Assembly: GCF_039654945.1 (NCBI RefSeq)
Contig: NW_027361688.1
Coordinates: 2,480,001-2,544,000 of the forward strand
DNA: 64,000 bases
Reading direction: 5' to 3'
Origin: Dendrobates tinctorius
Taxonomy: Eukaryota
Below the pieces are notes generated by a model. It saw nothing but the letters and a program-made list of their open reading frames with translations. It was not told the origin of the DNA and ran no database searches. This document shows positions 1 to 11,913 of this stretch, piece by piece. Within the stretch, counting starts at the first letter, position 1. Every line of letters starts with the position of its first letter. Both the position numbers and the translations under genes were made by a program.

Positions 1-1538
1 GCTGCCCGGCCTCATAATCCAGACATATCCTGAACCTACCATTGGAGATCTGGTGAGGAAACGGGGTCATTTTATTTCCATGTATGACTGAATACTGATT
101 ATTATTCCCCTGCCATTTATATAAACCCCAGGACTTGTTATTATTTCCGATGTATGACTGGCGCCCCCTCCTGTCTATACTGGGATAACACATCCCCACC
201 ATCCAGATATCTGACCCACTGATCTCCACATCCCAGTAATGTCGTCCTGATGTAAATCTCCTCCTGCTCATCACCTGAGGACAATCCCGGAATCTCTCTG
301 CTGTTTCTGGACGATTCTCTGTTATTTCTGTCCAGGTCGCAGTTTTCAGGTCATCCTATATAAGGAGATTATTACCAGCCGTATTTACATCCAGTAATAT
401 GTCTGCAGGATCCTGAACATAGAAGGTCACATTTATATCTCTTATCATAGCAGACAATGTGTGTGATATTTGTGAGATCAGCTCCGCACCCCGATCACCT
501 CCCTCATGTCCACCTGTGTCCTCATCACCTCCATCATGTCCTCCTGTGTCCTCATCACCTCCCTCATGTCCTCCTGTGTCCTCATCACCTCCATTATGTC
601 CACCTGTGTCATCACCTCCCTTTTCCTCAGGATCACACAAGTCACTGGTGTCTGGATCCTGTAAGACAGTGAGTGGATCCGTCATGTTACACAGCTCCTC
701 ATTGTGCCTCATCTTTCTGGACAGCTCGTCCTTTATTTCCAGCTTCTGGATCACATCAGACAGTGAGAGTGACACCTGCTCTTCCTGCCTGGAGATCTCA
801 CTCAGGATCCTTCTCTCCAGGTCGTCCACCCATCGCCTGATGTCTATAAACAGGGCAGTGACTCTCTCGGCTTTTCCAGTTGAGTTTTCTTGAGCTTTTC
901 TCCTGCGGTCCTCCAGACTCCGGACTCTTTCCTCGGTCTTCTTTCTCTTTGTGGTCAGTTTCTTCAGAACATTTCTCAGTTTCTTCTTCTTCTTCTCCGA
1001 GGCCTCATCCAGCATCTCCACCCGGTGTTCCCGATGTTCTCTGGCCAAACTGCAGGACACACAGATACAAACAGCATCCTCAGTGCAGTAATATTCCAGG
1101 ATCTTCTTATGGACAGAACATTTCTTGTTCTCCAGAGAAGTGGTGGGATCAGTGAGGACGTGTTCTGGTCCTTTACTGTGAACTCTCAGATGATTATCAC
1201 ACAGAGAAGCCTCGCAGTGTAGACAGGATCTAACAGCAGGTACAGGAGAGTGAATGCAGTAAGTGCAGCGGATCCCGGTGATCTCCTCCTGATGTAGCTG
1301 AGTAGACAGGAAATTCTCCACCACATTACAGAGCTATGTTCTTCTGTAGTGGAGGCCACTTCTGAAATGTTGCTCTACATTCAGGGCAGGAATAAACTCC
1401 AGACCCGTCCTGTGTATCCAGCACACGATCAATACAGACCCGGCAGAAGTTGTGTCCACATCTCAAGGTTACAGGATCTGTATAAATGTTCATGCAGATG
1501 GAGCAGAGCATCTCGTGTCTCAGATCAGCAGACGCCAT
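1..1538 (-). pseudogene. TRIM gene copy A (RING-Bbox-CC-B30.2, TRIM39/TRIM25-like), disrupted; the 3' end runs off the window
   Basis: ATG at 1538 (MASADLRHEMLCSIC...CGHNFCRVC...CPEC RING). An apparent 2-bp deletion at ~1326 gives NIAL*. B-boxes, coiled coil and acidic repeat lie in ORF 356-1324, then an in-frame TAG at 356-358 (NNLLI*DDLKT). PRY-SPRY stays open from 355 to 1 (GRHYWDVEI...VGMCYPS...RICLDYEAGQ). Confidence 0.9.
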
Positions 1539-4379
1539 GGCTTCCGAATTTATAAGAAAAGAAACGGGAAGTGTATGTTTTAAGGCGTGTTTCAGAACAT
1601 TATGACATTGCACAACCCGCAGCTGAGAGCTTCTAGTAGAGATGAGCAAATCTTTTGATACTCAAAATTCTTGCCTTCTCCAGTTTTTGACAGGAGGTTA
1701 GATTCATTGCTGCCTTATGATCCGATGGAGAGCCACAGTTCATAGTTCATTTGCACCAGGAAGGTCTCAGCCTATTTTCCTCATGCAGAGCCTACACTCT
1801 GCAAAAGATTTGTTGGTTGGCAATATGAAAAATAGTTCCCCCGCCCCCCAAAAAAAACGCATATAAGATTCATCACTACCACATTTACGACCTCGGCTAG
1901 AACATTAAGATTTTATTGAGTATGCTCCGTGAAGAGCAAAGGAGAAATGTGCAAAACACCTATTCAACCAGAAAGTGTCACTGTTAGAGGCTATAGTGTA
2001 CCACCAATGGCTGCAGGCTACACGACTGCTATGGAACCTGTGAGCAATGGGGGGGCCTGGTGTCAGCTCCCACAATGGGCTCCCCTCCGCCCGTCAGCGC
2101 CCACAAAGGGCCCCCTCTCAACATCCTCACTCCGCCCATCAGTGCAAGCACCGGACCCATCTGTCCGTCAGTGCGAGCAATGATCATGGAAGAGGGAGCA
2201 CCAGCTGTCACTTCCACCCCCATCATTCTGCCTCAGCGTCTGACGTTTCAGAGGATTGGGTGTGATGACATAATTGCAGTATGCCCGCTGTTCTGAGATG
2301 TGTGGCGCTTCACTCCACAGGTTCAGGAGACCATAAAATCAGGTAGAACGAGGCGAGAGGGTGCTATGTGCACGTGGAAAATATGCAAGGTTTTACAGTA
2401 CCAGCAAAGTGAATGAGATCCCTGAGGTCTCACGCACACACTGCTTAATTTTTCCTTGCAGACTAAATTCTTGCAGCCTAACGATTGTGGAAATATATGC
2501 AGCAAAAGTATTAAAAAAAATGGCAAAAATTTATTTTTTCGAAGCATTCTTCCTGCCAACACATTAGCATATGCAGCAGAATTTTCTCCTGCTAATCCTG
2601 AATGGGTGGACATAGCCTTAGTCCTTGTCCTGTGTGCCCATCATTCATTATAAGTCCTTGATAGCATCATAATGAATTTGGGGGTGGGTAAGATGTTATC
2701 AGGTACTGAGCATCCTCCACCATTCCCAATTCATTACAAGTCCCTGACAGCATCTTCTCCCACCTTACAATTCATTATAATGTGTCCTATGCACATTAAA
2801 ACTTTCTCTCCACATCCCATCATTGTCCTCTTCAACACATCTGTAGCGCTGATGTCCCTGCAAGCTGCCCCTCTCCCCCGGCAGAGACGCTGACTCACTG
2901 ACCACTCTGGCTCCTGTCCTGCGCTCCCACCTCCTTCCTCGTCAGCTGCTGCCCAGGATACACACACTGTGCGCATGTCCCTGTGCACTGTGCTTATGGT
3001 GCCCGCGCTCACTCCTTAAAATGGGAGCACGCCATCCTAATATATCCCCGCCAACGGCTGGGAGACACTTATTATTTAAGGCACCTCCACCTTTATGGAG
3101 GTGCCTGTGCAACATTGTTAGTCTGTTCACAAACACGCTTGCTAGTTTTCAGGACTTTGTCCACTGGATCTGCTAATGTCTGTCCATACCTAATTTCCTT
3201 GCAAGTACTTGCCTGGTCAGTCTGTATTTTCAACCGGACCCACAAGCACTTGCCATGCCAATCTGTATATCACCTGGACCTGTCTGCACCTGCTGTGCCA
3301 ATCTATATATCAATAGAGATATTGTAGAGGGGGCCGTGTGCAGGCTCATACAGTATATAAGGGGATTTCAGCATGCTTAATTCTGCTCAATATTAAGTGA
3401 TAATAATATACTGTATAATAATAATTATAATTGGAAGTATTATGTTTACTGGGGTATATGTGGGATTGCTTTGCATCTATCAGTGTTAGAATCGGGAGAA
3501 AATTCTCCAGAATTACATTTTTTTTTTCACTTTTCTATTGCTGCATTTCAAGAGCTGTAACTTTTTTATTTTTTCGCTGACAGTCATACGTGGGCTTGCT
3601 TTTTTAGAAATGAGTTGTATTTGTCAGTGGCATCATTTGGGGGAGATGTCAGTTATTAACAAACTCATTAACTCTTTATGGGAAAGAATATAAAGAAAAC
3701 AACAATTTTACCATAGTTTTTAAATTTTACACTATTCACCGTGTTCACTTCGTTTTGTGTCTCAGTACGATTAAGGTGACACCAAATGTCTAGTTTTATT
3801 TTATATTTTGCACCATAAATTCTGTTTGTGTCGCCATATTCTGAGAGACAAAAGTTCTGCCGTTTTCTGTCAGCGGAGCTGTATGACGTATGAAACAAGT
3901 TTTTTTTGCACAGAAAAATGTAGTTTTTATTGGTACAATTTTCTAGTAAATGCAGCTTTTGATCACATTTTATTATACTCTTTGGGAGGCAAAATATTAG
4001 GATATAATATCAATATTTTACCAATATTCCACCATATTAGTAGGATTTATATTGTTTGATTTCTAGTATATTGGGCAATGTACTTCCATGGAAGCCGGAA
4101 GTAACAGACGCTACTTGTGATCTAATGTAATGTTGGGGTTGTTGGTTCCGACAACATTAGGTGCAACTTGTGATGCTACAAAATGTTGGTAGTTTTGGCT
4201 CCACCTCCATTAGATGCTACTAGCTATGTTACAGATAGGGATGGGCAAACCCGAACAGTAAACTTCGAGGCTAATGACCCTCGGCTCCTGCTTTGCTGCG
4301 ATCGGGAGCCGAGTGTCATGCAGCTGTGCACCGAACTTCTCGCACAGAGAATAGGAGCACAGCTGCGGAGGAGACAGAG

Positions 4380-7320
4380 CAGTGGCGTAGCAACTGTTTG
4401 TGGCGCCCGGGGCGGTCGAAAAATTTGCCGCCCCTTTGGTCGTTGATAATTCGGAAGCATCCGAAGAGCCCACACTACACTCAAAGATCTAATTTTTAGT
4501 CTGCTACTAACTCTGCTATTATTTCTAAATTTCTAGACTTTCAACTTCTTGCAGTTCTCTATATATATGTATGTATTAGCTTGATGATGCTGGATGAAGA
4601 CCTAATGGCTTTTTTTAATAATAATTTTTAATAATGTGACAGAAAAAAAAACAGAAAGTACAAATTATTTTGGCGGACAGGGGGCGGACACTGACAGCTT
4701 GGGGGGCCCCTGTGCAAGAAATGTGTCCGGGCCCCCCTCCTTTTATGGCGTCAAAGCTACGTGTGTGTATATATATATATATATATATAGATAGATAGAT
4801 TATTGATATTATATAGCCACACACACACATACAGGTATATATTACATAGTCTCCTTTATTATGTATATTGCTGTCCCTTACACAGTGCCTTCTCTTGTTA
4901 TGTACAGTTCCGTCCCTTACATATTGGATTATATAGAGCCCTGTTTTTTATTACATACCGTCCTGTCTTGTTAGCTGTATAATGCAATGATGGCTGATGG
5001 AGCATGGGAAAGCTTCCTTTCTAATGGAGGAGCTGATGGACTGGTCGTCTGGTCACCGGCTCCTCGATCAGCAGTCATTTTATATCTAACAAGAGAGGGG
5101 ACCATGTAATAAAAGAGGGCGCTGTGAATAACAAAAATAACAAGAATACACTGTGTAAGAGACAGCACTATACATAACAGCAGAGGAAGCTATATAATAA
5201 GGGACGGCACCATATATAACTAGAGAGGATGGTAGGTAATAAGGGGCGGTGTTATACATAATAAAAGAGGAAACTATGTAACTAAGGATGGTGTTATACA
5301 GAATTAGTGAGTACACTATATACTAAGGGACTGTGTTAGACATAATAAACGATAATGTCTTCCTCCACCTCCCCCTGTTCCTAAGGCCATTATAAGTCCC
5401 CCTTCCTCCCATCCCAATCCCCCACACCCCTCATTGTCCTCCTCCCCTCGCATCCCATTATTGTCCTCTCCCCCACCTCCATAATTTTCTTCTCCACCAC
5501 TATCTTTGCTTTCTCCCCCACCACTCCCATCATTGCCCATTCCACCACCTCCATTATTTCCTCCTCCTCCACCACCCCCATTTATTGCCCTTTCCACCAC
5601 CACCATAATTGCATTCTCACCCACCACCCCATCATTGCCCTCTCGACCATCACCCCATCATTGTCTTCTCCCCATCACTGCCTTCTCCACCACCCCATCA
5701 CTGTGCCTTCTCCCCATCACTCCCATCATTGCCTGCTCCATCACCCCCATCATTGTCTGCTCCATCACCCCATCATTGCCTGCTCCATCACCCCATCATT
5801 GCCTGCTCCATCACCCCCATCATTGCCTGCTCCATCACCCCATCACTGCCTGCTCCATCACCCCATCACTGCCTGCTCCATCACCCCATCATTGCCTGCT
5901 CCATCACCCCCATCATTGCCTGCTCCATCACCCCCATCACTCCCCTCATTGCCTGCTCCATCACCCCATCATTGCCTGCTCCAATACCCCCATCATTGCC
6001 TGCTCCATCACCCCATCATTGTCTGCTCCATCACCCCCATCATTGCCTGCTCCATCACCCCATCACTGCCTTCTCCATCACCCCATCACTGCCTGCTCCA
6101 TCACCCCCATCATTGCCTGCTCCATCACCCCATCACTCCCATCATTGTCTGCTCCATCACCCCATCACTGCCTGCTCCATCACTCCCATAATTGTCTGCT
6201 CCATCACCCCCATCATTGCCTGCTCCATCACCCCCATCACTCCCCTCATTGCCTGCTCCATCACCCCCATCATTGCCTGCTCCATCACCCTATCACTGCC
6301 TTCTCCATCACCCCATCACTGCCTGCTCCATCACCCCCATCACTCCCCTCATTGCCTGCTCCATCACCCCATCACTGCCTTCTCCATCACCCCCATCATT
6401 GTCTGCTCCATCACCCCATAATTGCCTGCTCCATCACCCCATCATTGTCTGCTCCATCACTCCCCTCATTGCCTGCTCCATCACCCCATCATTGCCTGCT
6501 CCATCACCCCATCATTGCCTGCTCCATCACCCCATCACTGCCTGCTCCATCACCCCACCATTGCCTGCTCCATCACCCCCATCATTGCCTGCTCCATCAC
6601 CCCCATCATTGCCTGCTCCATCACCCCATCACTGCCTGCTCCATCACCCCATCACTGCCTGCTCCATCACCCCATCATTGCCTGCTCCATCACCCCATCA
6701 TTGTCTGCTCCATCACCCCATCATTGCCTGCTCCATCACCCCATCATTGCCTGCTCCATCACCCCCATCATTGCCTGCTCCATCACCCTATCATTGCCTG
6801 CTCCATCACCCCATCATTGTCTGCTCCATCACCCCCATCATTGTCTGCTCCATCACCCCATCACTCCCCTCATTGCCTGCTCCATCACCCCATCACTCCC
6901 ATCGTCTGCTCCATCACCCCATCACTGCCTGCTCCATCACCCCCATCATTGCCTGCTCCATCACCCCATCATTGCCTGCTCCATCATACACACAGACATA
7001 CACACAAGACACCACCTCTCTCCTCTCACCTGTCCGCAGCATCGCCCGCGCTTCCTCCCTCACACAGCAGCGGCCGCTGAATGATGACGTCATTCAGCGG
7101 CGCTCCTCTGTGTGAAACAGGAAGCGCGGCCTCCGGGCAGGAAGCAGGACGGACCCTTGCCGCTCCGCTCCTGCTATTCACTCTTGCAGGCAGCGGAGCT
7201 GCCGTGATCGCATCGCTCCCTGCCCGCCGCTGCACTGCACTGCAGGGTGGAATTGCTGCTTCCGCGCCGCCCCCACACACATGCCGCCTGGGGCGGACCG
7301 CCCCCCCCGCTACGCCAGTG
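4380..7320. mobile_element. Non-autonomous hAT-like element (inner) carrying a minisatellite
   Basis: TIRs cagtggcgtagc / gctacgccagtg; perfect 8-bp TSD agacagag (4372-4379, 7321-7328). Confidence 0.85.
5620..6985. repeat. C-rich minisatellite, 22-23 bp unit (catcattgcctgctccatcaccc)
   Basis: Directly visible tandem array; it explains the low-complexity P/H/S ORFs. Confidence 0.97.
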
Positions 7321-10127
7321 AGACAGAGAAACTAATTTCTCTTATCTCCTCCTTTGCCGGAGTTGGCGTCTATCGCACAGCGCTCGGATGATATCATAAG
7401 TTGAGGATCCAAGAAAAGCACTTCTGAGCATCCGCACTGCTTTAGTGATAAGCATTCTTCAGAAACCCATATAAATCTTTCAATTTCATTTTCAGACAAG
7501 TGAGGAAAATGGTGTTTTATTATTTTTTGTCTTTTACAGGGCATATAGGCATCGGTGGATTATCTTCTTGTCGGACAAGTGAGTATAACTTTGCTTTTTT
7601 ACTTTATTTAATTTTTTTTTAAATGGGGAAAAGAGGGTGGGGAGTTTAATTTCAAATAAATGACTTTATTCTATTCTTGCTGTTTTTTTCATTGCAACTT
7701 GACTGTGGGGTTAGTAATGGAGACATCTTTTAGACTCCTTTCCAATACTAACCTGTGGGCTTGATATCAGCAGCCAAAAAACAGCTAACATCAACCCCAC
7801 AACTATTACCCCACTTGACACAGCATCAGAGCAAGTGGGAAGAGCCAGGCAAAGAGTCAAAATTGGCGCATTAAATAGATGCACCTTTTCTGGGGTGGCT
7901 GCGGGCTGCTATTTTTATTCTGAGCACTGCCAATATCCATTACGCCTTTCCAGTCTCCAGCTATCTGCTACTTTAGCTTGGCTGGTTGTCAAAAATGGGG
8001 GGGTACCCGGAACCATTTTTTTCAATAATTTATATAAATAATTAAAAATACAGCTTGGGAACCTCTCTATTTTTGATATCCAGCCAACATAAAGCTGACA
8101 GCTGGGGTGCTGCAGCCTGCAGCTGTCAGCTTTACCAGCTCTGGTTATCAAAAATAGAGAACCCACGTCATTTTTTAAATGTATTTATATATTACACAGG
8201 CACTGGCTGGTTAATGCTCGCATCAGCCTTGCCTGCTCTCGCTGCTATCAGCGAGAGTAGGTGTAGGATGATGAAAGTAGTACTCTCATTAGCCGCTGCC
8301 TGTTACGCGGTAACCGAAGCCCTCTGACTGGTGGTAACAATCTTACTGCCAATCAGAGCTGGTGTTTCCCACGCTATTATGCAGATGACAGCATGGGAAA
8401 CAATGGATTTTTGGGCCCCCACTCATCTAAATAGGGTCTTGGTTAGGGTACTATTCTGGTACCTGAACCAAACTTTTTTAAAATGTTCAGTCGAACACTC
8501 CGAACCCAAACTTCCATGGGTTCACCCATCTCTAGTCACGGAATGCTAGGTTTTATTGGAAATACAAAGTGTGTGTTGAGGAGGAGAACATCGAGGAGGA
8601 GATCGTGCAGAATGAAAATAACATAGAGGTAGAGAAGGAGGTGGAAAAGGAAAAGGAAGATAACAGCGTGGAGGAAGGAGATTAGATTGAGAAGGATTTC
8701 TTCAAGGAAGAGAAGGAGGTGGTGGAGAATGAGGAAGATAAAATCGAGGAGGTGGTGGAGTCGAATGAGGCAGATAACTTCGAGGCTGTAGTGTATGAAT
8801 AATCTGTCAGGAATAAAGACCTTGAAAGTTTCAGTAACTTTTCTGTGAATCTGCTCTGCACCCACTAGGTGGCAGTATTTGCGCTCTTCCTTTGCGCCTG
8901 TGTGTCTAGAGGAGATTCGCTTTATCGCTAATAATAATGTAGATAACTGCCAACAGTCTGGTCATTAAATCCGGGCGTCACAGAAAGGCTGAGATAAAGC
9001 CACCTGTGCCAACACTGCAACTTGGAGGCCATTGAGAATAAGACCCATTTCCCGCAACACTGCACCAAATAGTCAACAGTGAGGAACGCTATGGTGATTC
9101 TCAGATCATTTCTCTTCTCCATGCATCATGAAAACAAAATCATCATTCTGCTATGGGACGATGAGACATTCCAGTACAATATGTGAGCATGGAGGTCTAT
9201 GGCCTCCATCTTGGATGTCCCGTCTCTCATTCCCAGAATCGCCAACCCTCCGTTCCATATTTCCCCCATTTTTCGGTGTTAACAATGTGTATTTGGTCCT
9301 AGCAATAACTTTCCTTTCAATTTGAATTTGATATAAAACATAAATCAAAGACATGAACAGTAACCAAGGACTCTCCATTAGTCATCGGAACGGATCTGAC
9401 AACACTTATATACAAAATACTAGCAACGTGATGAAATAGATGGTCAAAACCTGGACGATACCTGATGAGATCAGTGATTTGTTTCTCCATGACTAAGATG
9501 GCCGAAAAAGTGAAACATTTGAATCACCCCTGTACTCAGCATCGTCATCAATACCACTGGTCCTTCCCATAAAATTGAGAAGCAGGAGATGTGGTTCAGA
9601 CTCTCCATCGTGTTCCTCATGCGTTTGCAACATCCATTTTGGTCATTTAGGAATGGAGCATCAATCTCGTAGACTAAAAGAGTCATTGTATTTTGCCATA
9701 AATCTCGGCGATACTCATCATTTTTGGGTGGATCAACCGATCATATGATGTTATTGGGGCTTCCCGACGTTCCCCTGACAGCAGGCGATGCTCCTTGGGT
9801 TTTTCTTCTGTCATGTAGCTTTTAGCACAAAAAAAATATAATATAGCTTCTCCCTTCCTTGGTGTCTGGTATTCAGGAGAAAAGAGCTGAGCTACAGTAC
9901 CAGACTAAACCACGGAGCCATGATTCCCACCAGGGGACCTGAACATGCGATCACTTGATCACTTCTGTATCGCAGCGTAATACTGTATGCCTCAGCCATA
10001 ATGAAATAGACACGGACCCTCTCCCTCTGTCTAACCGCTTTGATGCTACAGTTGCTATTAATAAACATATTAAACCCCCAAAGTCTCTCATGTATAGAGA
10101 AGGTATCACTTCGCAATAATCAGAACT

Positions 10128-10935
10128 ATAATGACCCCTCTGACAAGGAGTCTGCTGAAAATCAAGAAGTGTTTGTGCAACTACATGATGTAAAAACTGA
10201 TTTATTTATTAGAATAAAAAAAAATATAAAAATTACAAAAACGTGCCTCAAACCAAAAGGGTACAGGCTCAAAGATCCTAATCATATACCAATGTTCACC
10301 TCGGGGAGACGGAACATGGCTCAGATCTTTTTTCAGCTTTGGCCAGTATACTTACCACTGAGATAATCTATCTGTATTATGTTGTGGTTTTTGGCTTATC
10401 CCATATATATTCAATGAGTATCATGATAGTTTGATGCACTATTGACACCTTTTATCCTGATATGTCAGCAATAGCTATTGTGGAATGATTGATTTAGGGA
10501 TAATTTATACCATAAATGATTTATTATTACCGTGGATTATTTAATACTCTTTTACTACGACTTCTGCTGATAAGTGGATATTCAATTCTTACCTTATGAC
10601 CCGTAAATCGTGTGATTTGGTATATTCATGAAATACATTTTTGTGTATACTAATGAGCAATAAGTGATTTGACTCCGTATACTATATTGATTAAGAGCAC
10701 TATTGAATAACAATATCTTTTCCCTATATTGATACGGCTTATATGAATGTTCTCTGATACACTGGGATATGATTAGGGTCTTTGAGACGTTACTGTTTTG
10801 GTTTGACGCAACGTCCTATAATTTTTAGATGTGTGTTCTATTATTCTAATTAATAAAGAATTCCGTTTTTACATCATATAGCTGTACAAACACTTCTTGA
10901 TCCTCAAAAGACTCACTGTCATAGGGGTTGTTATC
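10128..10935. mobile_element. Old element with ~170-bp diverged inverted repeats (foldback or inverted Penelope-like terminal repeats)
   Basis: 10128-10295 (atcaagaagtgtttgtgcaactacatgatgtaaaaac...tcaaagatcctaatcatat) matches the reverse complement of 10760-10935. Confidence 0.65.
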
Positions 10936-10952
10936 AACGGCAACATCTAAGG

Positions 10953-11137
10953 TAGTGTTTCCCAAACTCCAGTCCCCATCACCCCCAAAAGGTCATATTT
11001 TCAGGATTTCCATAGTCTTGCACAGGGAAGAGAATTAGAAATGCTTGGATGAGATTTCCACCGCCTGTGCAATGCTAAGGAAATCCTGAGAACATGACAT
11101 GTTGGGGCCCCTGAGGACTGAAGTTTGCGAAACACTG
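10953..11137. mobile_element. hAT-type MITE
   Basis: TIRs tagtgtttcccaaactccagtcc / ggactgaagtttgcgaaacactg; perfect 8-bp TSD atctaagg. Confidence 0.85.
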
Positions 11138-11913
11138 ATCTAAGGGTTCTAAATTCCAGGATTGGAGTTTCCTCTAGTTCTGATAGTATCACTACAATAC
11201 TGACTCTACTAATTCCAAGATCCTTCCTCTTTACAAAAAAGTGATGCCCTGAGGTCACATAACCTTGGTAGCCAGGTCGTGAGATGTCACATTATTGTAT
11301 ACAAATTGTGAGCAGAAAGGTTGGGATAGACGGGGAACAACAAGAAGGTGCAAAATCAATAATTTATTTTTTTAAATTGTGAAATGTTGGTTCAGGACTC
11401 GAAAACCGTTCATTTAAAAATGATGATAGAAGATGAGGTGCAATACCAGATACAGCCCCTGGATAGGGGTGGCGCTATGTCTGGAAGAAAACATTATAAC
11501 TAGAGATGAGCTGGTCTTTTGAAATTAGAGATTTGCCAACTCTGCCAAAAGTTGATTTAGCCAACACCATTAATTAAGTATAAATGTATAACTTTGCCCA
11601 CACCAGATTGTCGATAACCCATCCACACAAAACCACTGATTCTGAATATCCCTGCCCACACAACTGATTGGCGGCTTTCTTTGTACTCTACGCATAGGCA
11701 GAAAGCTGCCAGTCAGTGGTAGGGGCGGGGTTATACAGAGCTCATGCATATGGAGCTCTACAGCTAAGCAGGTTTACTAGTCCTCTAGATATAATTTCCT
11801 GCTGATGGCTGCGTCTAAACAAGAGCAAGTAGCCTAGTAAGTGACACATCGCTGGAATCAGGGTCTCATATATTTGCTCCCAGTGATGTCACCAGTTTCT
11901 GGGTAGATTTCCA

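Larger units (their letters stand above)
4236..8534. mobile_element. Non-autonomous hAT-like element (outer), interrupted by a nested element
   Basis: TIRs tagggatgggcaaaccc / gggttcacccatctcta; 8-bp flanks gttacaga / gtcacgga (6/8 match). Confidence 0.6.

Noticed and set aside
4578-4612. Possible hammerhead remnant (ctggatgaagacctaatggct)
   Set aside because: Core box imperfect and no GAAA box or stem III.
5506-7115. Long ORFs (524, 307, 270, 220 aa) rich in P/H/S/C
   Set aside because: Translations of a stop-poor minisatellite, open in several frames.
8560-8790. Glu-rich coding-like stretch
   Set aside because: Degenerate purine-rich repeat with stops; no splice or homology support.
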